A stretch of DNA of 64,000 nt from a virus. Below, piece by piece: positions 19,001-27,096 of this stretch. The translations under genes and the position numbers were made by a program. The notes beneath the pieces were generated by a model, which worked only from the letters and a program-made list of their open reading frames with translations, was not told the DNA's origin and did not search any database. The stretch spans positions 32,001 through 96,000 of IMG/VR virus record IMGVR_UViG_3300043444_000523. One strand, written 5' to 3'. How positions within the stretch are numbered: the stretch's first letter is position 1; the number at the start of each line of letters is the position of its first letter.

Positions 19001-20459
19001 GCGTTTGCGCCTTGAGCAACTCAATCTGCGTCTCTGTTTGAACCTTGGACTGAACCTTAAGCAACATCTCCTGGTTAAGAATTTCATCGTCAGGCTCAGG
19101 AGCCTTGAGGCCAGCGTTGGCCAAAAGCTCGTCTTTCCTGACAGAGCCGCCCATCTGAAACACCGCCGAAGCATTCTTCAACTTCGCATCGGCCTTTGGA
19201 TCATCAACATCAAATACAAATCTGACCCTGAAGTTGGCCTTGGGGAAATTCCATCGCTGAATTACAGGGATATAATCTTCAGAAAAAGTGTCGGCCAAAT
19301 TGTTTGCGTCAAACTTCAGGATGCGCCATTTAGTGTTCTCATGGAACTGAGATACTCCGCTGCCAAGTCCCGTTGCCTCTGCATTGGCGCTCAAAGTCTG
19401 GCCGATGATCAATCGCTCGATGTGCTGCTCAAAGTATTCCTTGACGATATTGATCAGGATGTTGATGCCGCCGCCTTCAAACCGAAGCAAATCAACACCG
19501 GCGGTATCCTTGCTCTGCCCACGGGTCTTCGGCATTGCGATGGCGTATCGTTCGCCGACGTTTTGGGCTGCGGCCTCGGCTTCTGCCTTGGAATTTGGAT
19601 TGCCTTCATCATAGTAGAACACCATGATGCCACCGATGCTCATCTTCTTCAGGTGGTTGATCGCCCACCCAAGCATCTCGTCACGAAGCTGGAAATTCCA
19701 GTAAATCTGAGACCGCAAGCCAACGCCATGCACGCCGCCTGACATCTCGCCTTCAAAGAAGTCGGCGTCAACGCACTGGTGTTTGTGGATGATGAACCGC
19801 TGCCGCCACTTCGGGTCTTTCAGCCGAAGCACCATCGACCTTTGATCCGAGAAAAGGTCTTCTTCCTTGACGATGCCGCGTTCTTTCAACGTCCGGCCAA
19901 TAGAGTGATTGACCATCACCCTTGGAACATCGTCATGGCCGTACAGGATTTTGTCGCCATTGACCGGCTTGTGCCCGACGACTCCAAGCCGATTCTGGCC
20001 ATCAATCGGAATCGCGCCCCACTTGACCTGATTCGCGTATCGGCCATACCAGATCGCCCAAGCCAGCTGCCAAACGAACGGCGTCCACCGCGACGTATTG
20101 GCCACGATCTTCGACATATCATCAGTTACGGCCTTTTGAATCTTGCTCTTTTGGTTCTCAGGCTCAAGATGCCAGCCAAGAGCCGAAAGCTGAAGGAATC
20201 TCTCGTTCATGCATCCCAAAACGAACGCATCACGAAGCATCGCCAGCGCGTTTTCGCGGCTGTGCTTCGTGGCCTCGTCATGAGTCCATCGATGAGACCG
20301 AGTTACGGATTGATAAATTGATGAGAATGTTCTGTGCTGCGGCAACAGAAAGCCGCCCTCGTCTTCGATGGGTCGGCCATTGTGATCAAGCAGCCGAAGC
20401 GGTCCACTCCCGTTTCGGCTCATCAGGCCATTAACGTCTGGTTCTGGTAGCAGTGCCAT
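16020..20459 (-). CDS. Portal protein (DUF935-like) with long C-terminal extension ending in a zincin metallopeptidase domain
   Basis: Portal-like core to ~aa 460 (IIGQTLS...GLGSGVSQFHE...DA.NLA.T), Q-rich linker, C-terminal HEIGH...SSYA...HEGWAE. Confidence 0.8.
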   Translation of the reverse strand: MALLPEPDVNGLMSRNGSGPLRLLDHNGRPIEDEGGFLLPQHRTFSSIYQSVTRSHRWTHDEATKHSRENALAMLRDAFVLGCMNERFLQLSALGWHLEPENQKSKIQKAVTDDMSKIVANTSRWTPFVWQLAWAIWYGRYANQVKWGAIPIDGQNRLGVVGHKPVNGDKILYGHDDVPRVMVNHSIGRTLKERGIVKEEDLFSDQRSMVLRLKDPKWRQRFIIHKHQCVDADFFEGEMSGGVHGVGLRSQIYWNFQLRDEMLGWAINHLKKMSIGGIMVFYYDEGNPNSKAEAEAAAQNVGERYAIAMPKTRGQSKDTAGVDLLRFEGGGINILINIVKEYFEQHIERLIIGQTLSANAEATGLGSGVSQFHENTKWRILKFDANNLADTFSEDYIPVIQRWNFPKANFRVRFVFDVDDPKADAKLKNASAVFQMGGSVRKDELLANAGLKAPEPDDEILNQEMLLKVQSKVQTETQIELLKAQTQIQMEAQQAQMQQQMQAQQQQAAAQQQMQVPAEGQPQEMPQDQEAQVQQQGQEQAAEQQQAEQQEQQAQEQAAQEQQEQQVQRDEQVAEEASDMTVDQILEEIMGEENTDETEDGNYIRLADGTSVPLDPAPPEEGGQVSMANDGLVIEYLAVSDDEFTIEYKATRAPVGGIDISGKHYEGGQFIPGSVIARASPEEKAALAGQKAISGEKVPEMPASRPQDHGKKPETQQTGMDRSEKQEDKPATVDDMLEQAGIRAPKPDEPILMGNEYDLIQETERWLKTDFKLRPYVMNKIKEFGSLTPHEYARARGRAYQREREVTATGEDTVATMALRIIDQYSGNRSKAFDKKQSLRGVPKAAHETAKYAGKIAERMIRDPKKLRRDIAKSPLAQGAFDKTAISLGIDPNETKLVIDPVTGKSSRVPNEKDALKRLALRAATQATMDLAVLGIKKGVMLIPKLFDVLMKKKGGSLVTSQDDEWMVGYQDEVPASAVMHEYLVELFKGKMQEAMKEAGIEATEEDLVSEASEAAERYAPLMLSMSGIDGEKPMPESKPTEDLRAHIKNVAKNVAGDALVHLLNKPSSDSHSEGAVSLWIRDKIKNRIRRSGIQVSEVALEELANAEASALAPAVARALESYSQKSAQIAPIMNQAIGYEAVHAPKGGIEVGGEHFKGGEFIPKEAIARASSSEKAALSPGKRSSVVRKEKVPGMTHGHSVVTARAVNFLKGAFGSAATAGALVFVRNMALGDSVEHALVVAGKSAVASAAVGGVIAAFARPPVSENPNRWIKGNIISANPKNSNDLVSAIHSSIDKDKDIPNGLKSEFKSGIVKTISSMNPKMKGSLLKNLRHVKFYPTSKRLSEDISKSTATDNDGRVGGAVEVGSGGMFLDGAPSIKHEGKLADTRMSSVYAHEIGHIIDGKLGDLSYSSDFDWKKAWVIEILHEDEKKAPLSSYAMSNAHEGWAEYVRLAITKPNVAKAKFPKCWAVLKKNNLV

Positions 20460-20489
20460 ACCAATTATAGGGATATGGAGACACTCAAG

Positions 20490-20744
20490 CTAAAGTCTGG
20501 TAGCCGACTGAATTGCCCAGACAATCAAGTTGCCGATGACCGTTCCAACCAAGATCGAAGCGGTCAGAACCAATGACCACTTGAACAAACTCGGCAAAGG
20601 AGGCCGCTTGTCGATGATCTCGATTCCGCCTTTGACCGGCACTACATCAATGTAAGGCGGCTTGATGATGTCTATGTGGACCGGATGGCCATTCTCAGGC
20701 CCATACTCGACATCGTACCCGTCATCGTCCTGTTTGTAGTCCAT
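20490..20744 (-). CDS. Small protein with C-terminal transmembrane helix
   Basis: GGAG RBS, hydrophobic C-terminus. Confidence 0.5.
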   Translation of the reverse strand: MDYKQDDDGYDVEYGPENGHPVHIDIIKPPYIDVVPVKGGIEIIDKRPPLPSLFKWSLVLTASILVGTVIGNLIVWAIQSATRL

Positions 20745-20784
20745 CTTTGGCTCCAGTTTCAGAAATAGGCGCGAGTCGCGCCGA

Positions 20785-21093
20785 TTATTGCATGTCCCGA
20801 AGTTCTTGAGAGGTCTTCCCGCAATCAGGGCATCGGTCAAGTTGAGGGTCGAACTTGTTGTGGAAGCACTTATCCGGCTCTTGGGGCTTCTCCACTGAAT
20901 CAATGCTGCCAAACGACACCTTGCCGGATTCTACCACGGCGTCACTCGGCAAATTCGTCTCTACTTTCGCTGGCACGCCCATCTTGGCCAATAGCCCAGT
21001 ATCACGAAGCACAGTCATCATCTCGTTGACCGAGCAGAAACCAAGCTCATGCCAGCCTTGACCGTCGTGCCATTTATAGTACAGGCCACTCAT
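20785..21093 (-). CDS. Hypothetical protein, C-terminal Zn-ribbon
   Basis: C.H...CPDC; overlaps neighbouring start/stop. Confidence 0.5.
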   Translation of the reverse strand: MSGLYYKWHDGQGWHELGFCSVNEMMTVLRDTGLLAKMGVPAKVETNLPSDAVVESGKVSFGSIDSVEKPQEPDKCFHNKFDPQLDRCPDCGKTSQELRDMQ

Positions 21094-21350
21094 TTCGACT
21101 CACCACCGTCTTGCGGCACTTGCTGCATCAAATGGCCGAGTAATCCCAAACTCGGAATATCCCTGAACGACTTGTAGCCGACCGTGGCACACCAAATCTT
21201 GTACGACAATTCTAGGCAATACGCTTCGGCGCACTTCGCATGAGACTCCGAGCTTTCAAACGACGAACTTTCGCTGATAACGCCTTTGAGTTCACCGGCC
21301 CCTTTTGTGATGTGCTTGATGGCCGCATTGAATTCTGAATAGTCAATCAT
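21090..21350 (-). CDS. Hypothetical protein
   Basis: Coupled start/stop with neighbours. Confidence 0.5.
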   Translation of the reverse strand: MIDYSEFNAAIKHITKGAGELKGVISESSSFESSESHAKCAEAYCLELSYKIWCATVGYKSFRDIPSLGLLGHLMQQVPQDGGESK

Positions 21351-21490
21351 TTGTGCCCCTTGATAAAGGAAAGAACCACGCCCCTGAAATACGAAGACAA
21401 ATCGCGGCCAGCAACCTTACGAGCGGCCTTCATCTCCTCTTGCGTGAGGAGAATCTGAAGCCGCTCGGTACGCTTCATGTTTTTAGGCAT
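21347..21490 (-). CDS. Small ribbon-helix-helix-type DNA-binding protein (47 aa, not in ORF track)
   Basis: MPKNMKRTERLQILLTQEEMKAARKVAGRDLSSYFRGVVL read by hand. Confidence 0.55.
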   Translation of the reverse strand: MPKNMKRTERLQILLTQEEMKAARKVAGRDLSSYFRGVVLSFIKGHK

Positions 21491-21548
21491 TGCCGTTCTG
21501 CCGCGTTTTCGCATACTATATCATTATCATAACTATAGAGGATCGGCA

Positions 21549-22568
21549 ATGGTGAATGTCGGCAAACACGAGTTGCACCACGGCAATTGCCTTGACATTC
21601 TCAAGTCCATGCCGGACAAGAAGGTGTCTCTGACACTCACGAGTCCGCCGTATGAAGACTGCCGAACCTACGGCATTGATTTCTCTGTCAAAGGCCAAGA
21701 CTGGGTTGATTGGTTTATCCCCATAGTCATCGAATGTTGCCGAATCACTGATGGCCTAGTGCTTGTAAACGCAGCCGGGAAAGTCCGTGACTTCAAATAC
21801 TCGCCGGTCATGGAATGGCTTGTGGCCGATCTGACACGCAAACACGGCATCGTATGCGGCCCGTCGCCATACGTCTATTACAGAGTCGGAATCCCAGGCA
21901 GCGGAGGCCATCACTATCACCGCCGAGACTGGGAGCCTGTCTATGCCTTCGCTCTTCCAGACCGACTTCCATTGAACTGGTCGGATAATAAAGCCACTGG
22001 CCACAAACCAAAGTGGGTTCCTGGCGGAGAAATGTCATACCGGCTTGGAGACGGCAAACGTGCTAACCACAAATCTCAAGGACGAGACAAGTGGGGAAAT
22101 GCTGGCGAATCATCCGGCGAAGGAAGAAACGCCGATGGCAGCAGAAAGAAGAGGAAGCGATTCGGTGCCAATCCTGAAGGCGACGTAAAAGTCTCACACG
22201 ACAGAGACATTGTTGATATTGCCAACGCTGGCAATCGAATAAGTGAGATGTACGACGCCGACATGGTTAAAAAGCTGCTCGACGACGGAGACGCGGGCGA
22301 CATCGTTCACTGCAAAGTCGGCGGCGGTCTTATGGGGCATCCTTTGGCGTCACAAAACGAAGCCCCGATGTCTCTCACGCTGGCCTCTTGGTTCGTTCGC
22401 AGCTATGCGCCGCCAGGAAGCTACGTCCTTGATCCGTTCATGGGCAGCGGAACTTCTCTGCACGCCTGCCTCGAAACCGGCCGAATCGGAATCGGCATTG
22501 ACATCAGGGAATCCCAAGTGGAACTGACAAAGAGCCGTCTTGAGTCTGTTACACCGTCTATGTTCTGA
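21549..22568 (+). CDS. DNA methyltransferase, beta class (SPPY, likely N4-cytosine)
   Basis: TSPPY near the N-terminus, VLDPFMGSGT near the C-terminus. Confidence 0.9.
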   Translation: MVNVGKHELHHGNCLDILKSMPDKKVSLTLTSPPYEDCRTYGIDFSVKGQDWVDWFIPIVIECCRITDGLVLVNAAGKVRDFKYSPVMEWLVADLTRKHGIVCGPSPYVYYRVGIPGSGGHHYHRRDWEPVYAFALPDRLPLNWSDNKATGHKPKWVPGGEMSYRLGDGKRANHKSQGRDKWGNAGESSGEGRNADGSRKKRKRFGANPEGDVKVSHDRDIVDIANAGNRISEMYDADMVKKLLDDGDAGDIVHCKVGGGLMGHPLASQNEAPMSLTLASWFVRSYAPPGSYVLDPFMGSGTSLHACLETGRIGIGIDIRESQVELTKSRLESVTPSMF

Positions 22569-22594
22569 GTTCTATTCGCCGAGACGACTGAGGA

Positions 22595-23062
22595 GTGATC
22601 ATGGACTGCCAATGCCAGACCTGCCAGAATGCGTGCAAGTACAAGCCGGGATGGTTCCGCCCAGGAGAAGTCGAGAAAGTCGCCGACTTCCTCCAAATTT
22701 CTCTTAACCGGCTGTTCAAAGAGAAACTGGCCGTAGACTTCCTCTACAGGTCGGACGATGGCAATTCTCCGGTGTTTGTTTTGTCGCCTGCAACGACATC
22801 AGGCGACCCAGGGAAGGAATTCCCTTTCGACCCACGAGGCCAGTGCGTGTTCTACAAGGACGGCAAATGCGAGATTCATCCCGTTAAGCCGCACGACTGC
22901 CGAGCATACGACCACACGCAAACAGGCGATCAGTCATTGCCAACTCACTACGAAACCGGGGATTCTTGGAGCGACCATCAGGATCAGATAAAATCACTGC
23001 TTGGACGCGACCCTGAGTTGCCATCTGTAGGCTTATTTGACTTCTTAAACATCATGACATGA
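22595..23062 (+). CDS. YkgJ-like cysteine cluster protein
   Basis: CQCQTCQNAC...CVFY..GKCEIH..KP.DC. Confidence 0.7.
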   Translation: MIMDCQCQTCQNACKYKPGWFRPGEVEKVADFLQISLNRLFKEKLAVDFLYRSDDGNSPVFVLSPATTSGDPGKEFPFDPRGQCVFYKDGKCEIHPVKPHDCRAYDHTQTGDQSLPTHYETGDSWSDHQDQIKSLLGRDPELPSVGLFDFLNIMT

Positions 23063-23458
23063 GGGGAACATGAAGCCAACTCAGCAGACTACAAAACAGG
23101 TTAATAGACCATCTCGGTCATGCGTTTGTGCCACTTGCACTCTTGACGAGAGGCTCAGAAGCAATGGCTTCAAGATTCTAGCTAGGCCAAGAAATTCTCA
23201 GCCGATCTGGATAAAGGACGGGAAGCAGTTTCTTCAGTCTGACGCCGTTCAGCAGTGCAAACCTTTGCCAGCAAAAAGGTAGTCACGCGATTCCCAACCG
23301 AAAGCGTAAGCCGTCTGAAAAGCCGCCTTCGTATTGGGCAGAGCATGTAAGAATTGTCGAAGAAGAAAACAAAAAGCTGCGAACCATCATAGTTGACATG
23401 ATGCACAAAATGCAGCAAGCAGCTGAAATTGCCTCTCCGTTCTTCAGAAAGAGCAACC

Positions 23459-24049
23459 GTGAAGCTACTCTTGAATAACTGGAGAACGCCAGCAACCGGA
23501 TACAAGCTGAAAACACTCGGCTGCGCGTCCATCGTCGCAACCGAATACCCCAAGGGCGTATATCCGATGCACGGTGAGTCCGGCTTCTCAGACTTCCAGT
23601 GCCTCAGTCCGATCCGAATCACCATGCTGGCCATCAATGAACACGTTTCGATGTGGGACGAGCCTCCTCATTGGTACGGCATCCAGCGATGTGCCAGGGC
23701 CATGCACGGGAAAGTCCTTGTCGCTGGCCTCGGTCTTGGCCTAATCGCCCATGCCCTCAAATGGAACAAGGCTGTCCGCGAAATACTGATCATCGAAAAC
23801 AACCAAGACGTTATCGACCTCATCGGCCCCATGTGCCCACGCTCGGCACAAATCGAACACGCCGACTGGTATCGATGGGAAGGCCGATTCGAGCCAGATA
23901 GCGTACTCATGGACTTGGCAGATGGCGATTACACCAAAGAACGTGTGGCCGACGAAACCGAGAAATGCCGACAAAGGTTCCCATCGGCGACAACGATCTC
24001 CGTCCACGGAAGCGTAGAGTCTAGGCAGAACGAGATGAGTGCTTTCTAA
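23459..24049 (+). CDS. SAM-dependent methyltransferase-fold protein (spermidine synthase-like)
   Basis: KVLVAGLGLG...IIENNQDVIDL. Confidence 0.7.
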   Translation: MKLLLNNWRTPATGYKLKTLGCASIVATEYPKGVYPMHGESGFSDFQCLSPIRITMLAINEHVSMWDEPPHWYGIQRCARAMHGKVLVAGLGLGLIAHALKWNKAVREILIIENNQDVIDLIGPMCPRSAQIEHADWYRWEGRFEPDSVLMDLADGDYTKERVADETEKCRQRFPSATTISVHGSVESRQNEMSAF

Positions 24050-24111
24050 CAACGAAAGGAGATTTCGTAAACAACCCCACGGCTGAAGCCGGGGGGCTTT
24101 GCCGCTGGGTT

Positions 24112-25185
24112 TTAGCCCGCGACTTTTGGGGCCGGTTTACTGACGGCCCAAGCCCTCAAATTGAGGGCAGCGTTTCGGTCGGCATTTGTGGAGTGCCCGC
24201 AATGTTTGCAGACAAACTCAGACTGGCTCTTTCGGTTGGCACGCTCGCAGTGGCCGCAGACATGGCACGTCTGGGAACTGTATCGCGGGTCAACCAAGAC
24301 TACGGACACGCCTGCCCGTCGGGCCTTGTACTCCACAAACTGCCGAAGCTGAAAGAAACTCCAGTTGCCAAGTCGTCGCCGGAAACGCCTAGAAGCCGTT
24401 TGCTCACAACGGTCACGCAAACCGGAGAGGTTCTCCAGAGCGATACCGATGCCGAGTGTCTTGGCTTTGCCGACAAGACTCTTGCTGATGGCGTGGTTTA
24501 CCCATGCTTGATAGCGGGACTGCCGCCCCGCCATCCGCTTCAACCGTCGCTTGGCAGACTTGGTTCCTTTCCGTTGGTACTGCTTACGGGCTGTCATCCG
24601 GCGCTTGCGGTTTCGTTCGACACCCGCACCGGAGAACGATTCCCCGGTGGAGTCGGTAGCAATCTGGACAATGCCAAAGTCACAACCCAAGTATTCGGTA
24701 ACCGGCTGTGGGTCGGAAACGGTCGCCTTGACTTGAACATGCAGAAAGTAACCGCCATCGCGTTTGACAAGTGCAGCGCTGGTCGGAACCTTCCCCGCAA
24801 GCGCGGTTCGCTGAAAGTCGCCAAGTTGGGTCGTCAGTCGATGCCGCCCATGCAACAGGGTCAGGCTGAAAGTCCAGTCGGATTCTCGGAAGGAAAAGAT
24901 TCGAGCATCGTAGTTCACGCTCGTAGGAGCAAATCGGGAGAGGTCTTTTACGGCGGCAACGCGACCGATGGCACGAACGGCCAGATTCGCCGACAGCCCG
25001 AACGCAGTCCGCGTTTCGCGGTAGGCCAATTTGTGCAGAGCGAGATGTCCTTTAGTCTCTGTCTCTGCCGCACGACGAACCAAGTGATTGCACGCCGCAG
25101 CGAAAGCCACAAGTGTAACGTCGATTTCAACCGCCTGTTCAGCGGTCGGAACCAGCTTGCAACAGATGGTACGGATGGCTTCCAT
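24112..25185 (-). CDS. tnpB: RNA-guided endonuclease TnpB
   Basis: RuvC D (LGCDFG), E (IALENL), Zn finger (CHVC...CKHC), D (NADRNAA). Confidence 0.92.
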   Translation of the reverse strand: MEAIRTICCKLVPTAEQAVEIDVTLVAFAAACNHLVRRAAETETKGHLALHKLAYRETRTAFGLSANLAVRAIGRVAAVKDLSRFAPTSVNYDARIFSFRESDWTFSLTLLHGRHRLTTQLGDFQRTALAGKVPTSAALVKRDGGYFLHVQVKATVSDPQPVTEYLGCDFGIVQIATDSTGESFSGAGVERNRKRRMTARKQYQRKGTKSAKRRLKRMAGRQSRYQAWVNHAISKSLVGKAKTLGIGIALENLSGLRDRCEQTASRRFRRRLGNWSFFQLRQFVEYKARRAGVSVVLVDPRYSSQTCHVCGHCERANRKSQSEFVCKHCGHSTNADRNAALNLRAWAVSKPAPKVAG

Positions 25186-25578
25186 TCAGACACCCTTCTG
25201 GTTCTCGATGTACTGCTTGATAACGGCCAGAGGCGCGCCGCCAACAGTCGCGACAAAGTAGGAGTTCGTCCAGAGCGATGGCAACCGGCTACGCAACGCT
25301 GGGTACTCCGTGCGCAGGAACCGGGACGAACGGCCCTTGACCAACTTTATCAGCCGGTGGATTCCGAACTGTGGATCGACTTCAACGAGCAGATGTACGT
25401 GATCGGGCATCACTTCCATCTCGATCAGTTCCGAACGGGTTTCAAGGATCACTTCCCGAATCAGATTCTTGAGCCGTTCATCAACGCCGTCGATCAAGAC
25501 CTTGCGACGATACTTGGGGCAGAAAACAACGTGGTACTTGCAGCAGTAGGACACGTTGTTATTGCTCTTGAGCCTCAT
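25186..25578 (-). CDS. tnpA: IS200-type Y1 HUH transposase TnpA
   Basis: YHVVFCPKYRR, DHVHLL (HUH), LWTNSYF, YIENQ. Confidence 0.95.
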   Translation of the reverse strand: MRLKSNNNVSYCCKYHVVFCPKYRRKVLIDGVDERLKNLIREVILETRSELIEMEVMPDHVHLLVEVDPQFGIHRLIKLVKGRSSRFLRTEYPALRSRLPSLWTNSYFVATVGGAPLAVIKQYIENQKGV

Positions 25579-25684
25579 TCCTGTATTATACACGTCCGAG
25601 ATGTCGAATGCCACCTCAGTAGCGTGGATTCGCCGTCTCCATTCCTCCCCATGCCTGAAGGCAGGGGTTTCTTGGAGACATTTC

Positions 25685-25780
25685 ATGAACAGCAAAGCCA
25701 AATTTTGGTTTGTGTTCGCTATTGTGTCTTCATGCTTTTGTGCGTTCTTATTCTCAATCTACTCATGGAAAGTCTGGTAG
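25685..25780 (+). CDS. Small hydrophobic peptide (31 aa) at the IS insertion site
   Basis: MNSKAKFWFVFAIVSSCFCAFLFSIYSWKVW; GGAG RBS present with and without the IS. Confidence 0.4.
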   Translation: MNSKAKFWFVFAIVSSCFCAFLFSIYSWKVW

Positions 25781-25795
25781 TGGCTCAACATGGTG

Positions 25796-25823
25796 TTGAC
25801 AACCTGGACGACCCTGATAGAGT
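25796..25823 (+). promoter_or_regulatory. Sigma-70-like promoter for the second tnpB (probably leaderless)
   Basis: TTGACA-N16-TAGAGT, GTG 7 nt downstream. Confidence 0.55.
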
Positions 25824-25830
25824 TATCCTT

Positions 25831-27006
25831 GTGCTGAAAACGATTACCTATCGTCTGTACCCGTCGCGGGAGCAGGAATCTTTCCTGTTCTACTTCCTCT
25901 ACATTGGCCGCAAGATTTACAACGACGCACTTGCCGAGCGCGTCCGGTTCTACAAAGACACTGGCAAAAGCCTGACTAAATTCACGCAACAGATGGACCT
26001 GACGATACGCAGGTCAATTAGCCCGGTGCTTGCCTCTGTCCCTGTCTGGATTGAGCGAGACTCCCTGTCTAGGATAGACAAGGCATTCGCCAATTTCTTC
26101 CGCAGAGTAAATGAAGGGAGTGCCAAGCCTGGGTTCCCGCGATTCAAGTCAGCCAATCGCTGGAACAGTTTCTCAATGCCTATCCAAGGCAGTGGCAAGA
26201 AACTGGTGCAAGGAAATAGAATCCGCGTGGCCGGGATTGAAGGAACAATGCCAAGCCGTGGCGGGCAACAAATACTTGGAAAGATCATTGTCCAGAGAAT
26301 TGTTCATCGAGCAGGCAAGTGGTTCTGCAAGTTCGTAGTTGATGACAAACTCGACCCACCGCCTATTCATCCTGTAAAGTCGGCTATCGGCGTCGATGTT
26401 GGTCTGAAATCGTTTGCAACGCTTAGCAACGGTTCAACGATTGAGAATCCACGATTCTATCGGGGACTGGAACTCAAGCGTGCCCATCGCAACGTGTCTC
26501 GTAAAATCAAAGGCAGTCGGAACCGATGGAGAGCCGTTCGTCGTCTTCAATCGGTTTATGAGAAAGTCAGAAACTTACGCCACAATTTTACGCATCACGA
26601 GAGCAAGAGGATTGTCAATGACCACCAACTGATTGTTGTCGAAAAACTGAACATAGCTGGCATGGCCAGAAGCCGATTTGCCAAAAGTATCTTGGACGCT
26701 GCATGGGGTCGGTTCATATTTCAATTGCGTTACAAAGCTGAAAACGCTGGTTGCGCATTCGTTGAAGTTGACCCCCGTGGCACAAGCCAAGATTGCAGCA
26801 AGTGCGGCCAGACCGTGCCAAAGAAGTTGTCGGATCGTGTCCATAAATGCTCTTGCGGTCTCGTGCTAGACCGCGACCATAATGCGGCGTTGAACATCCT
26901 TCAGCGTGCCGTTCGATCAGCACCCGGCCCCGGTAGGTGGATCGGTAAAGCGTGTGGAGAGGCTACGAAGACTCGGCGAAACACGAAGGCTTCAACACCA
27001 TGTTGA
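25831..27006 (+). CDS. tnpB: Orphan TnpB-family RNA-guided nuclease
   Basis: N-terminal YRLYP, PGFPRFKS, RuvC D (IGVDVG), E (VVEKL), Zn finger, D (DRDHNAA); the 937-aa ORF-track call is an artefactual extension. Confidence 0.88.
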   Translation: MLKTITYRLYPSREQESFLFYFLYIGRKIYNDALAERVRFYKDTGKSLTKFTQQMDLTIRRSISPVLASVPVWIERDSLSRIDKAFANFFRRVNEGSAKPGFPRFKSANRWNSFSMPIQGSGKKLVQGNRIRVAGIEGTMPSRGGQQILGKIIVQRIVHRAGKWFCKFVVDDKLDPPPIHPVKSAIGVDVGLKSFATLSNGSTIENPRFYRGLELKRAHRNVSRKIKGSRNRWRAVRRLQSVYEKVRNLRHNFTHHESKRIVNDHQLIVVEKLNIAGMARSRFAKSILDAAWGRFIFQLRYKAENAGCAFVEVDPRGTSQDCSKCGQTVPKKLSDRVHKCSCGLVLDRDHNAALNILQRAVRSAPGPGRWIGKACGEATKTRRNTKASTPC

Positions 27007-27096
27007 GCCACTACCGAAGTGTTCTACAATAGGCGTCATTCGCATGTACGAGCGATAGGCAAGCCGAAATGCTTGAGAAGAAGAAAGGAAACAACA

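Larger units (their letters stand above)
24067..25684 (-). mobile_element. IS200/IS605-family element (tnpA + tnpB in tandem)
   Basis: Left-end hairpin CCCCTGCC-TTCA-GGCATGGGG, right-end hairpin CCCCCCGGC-TTCA-GCCGTGGGG ending TTAC; TTCAT precedes the left end; removal restores GGAGATTTC-ATG. Confidence 0.85.
25776..27015. repeat. Perfect 24-bp inverted repeat (25776-25799 / 26992-27015) bracketing the second tnpB
   Basis: GGTAGTGGCTCAACATGGTGTTGA and its exact reverse complement. Confidence 0.9.

Noticed and set aside
5847-20321. Long plus-strand ORFs opposite the structural genes (e.g. 5847..6794, 9733..10689, 18468..19742)
   Set aside because: Antisense shadows of biased minus-strand codons, with no motifs or RBS
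24193-27006. 937-aa ORF as a giant Cas12-like protein
   Set aside because: The first ~545 codons are mostly the antisense of tnpA/tnpB; only 25831-27006 is TnpB-like and it has its own promoter
27028-27045. AATAGGCGTCATTCGC after the orphan tnpB as a guide against the palindrome family
   Set aside because: Only 13 of 16 bases match and it lies beyond the likely omega-RNA end; a degenerate palindrome half-site or chance is simpler
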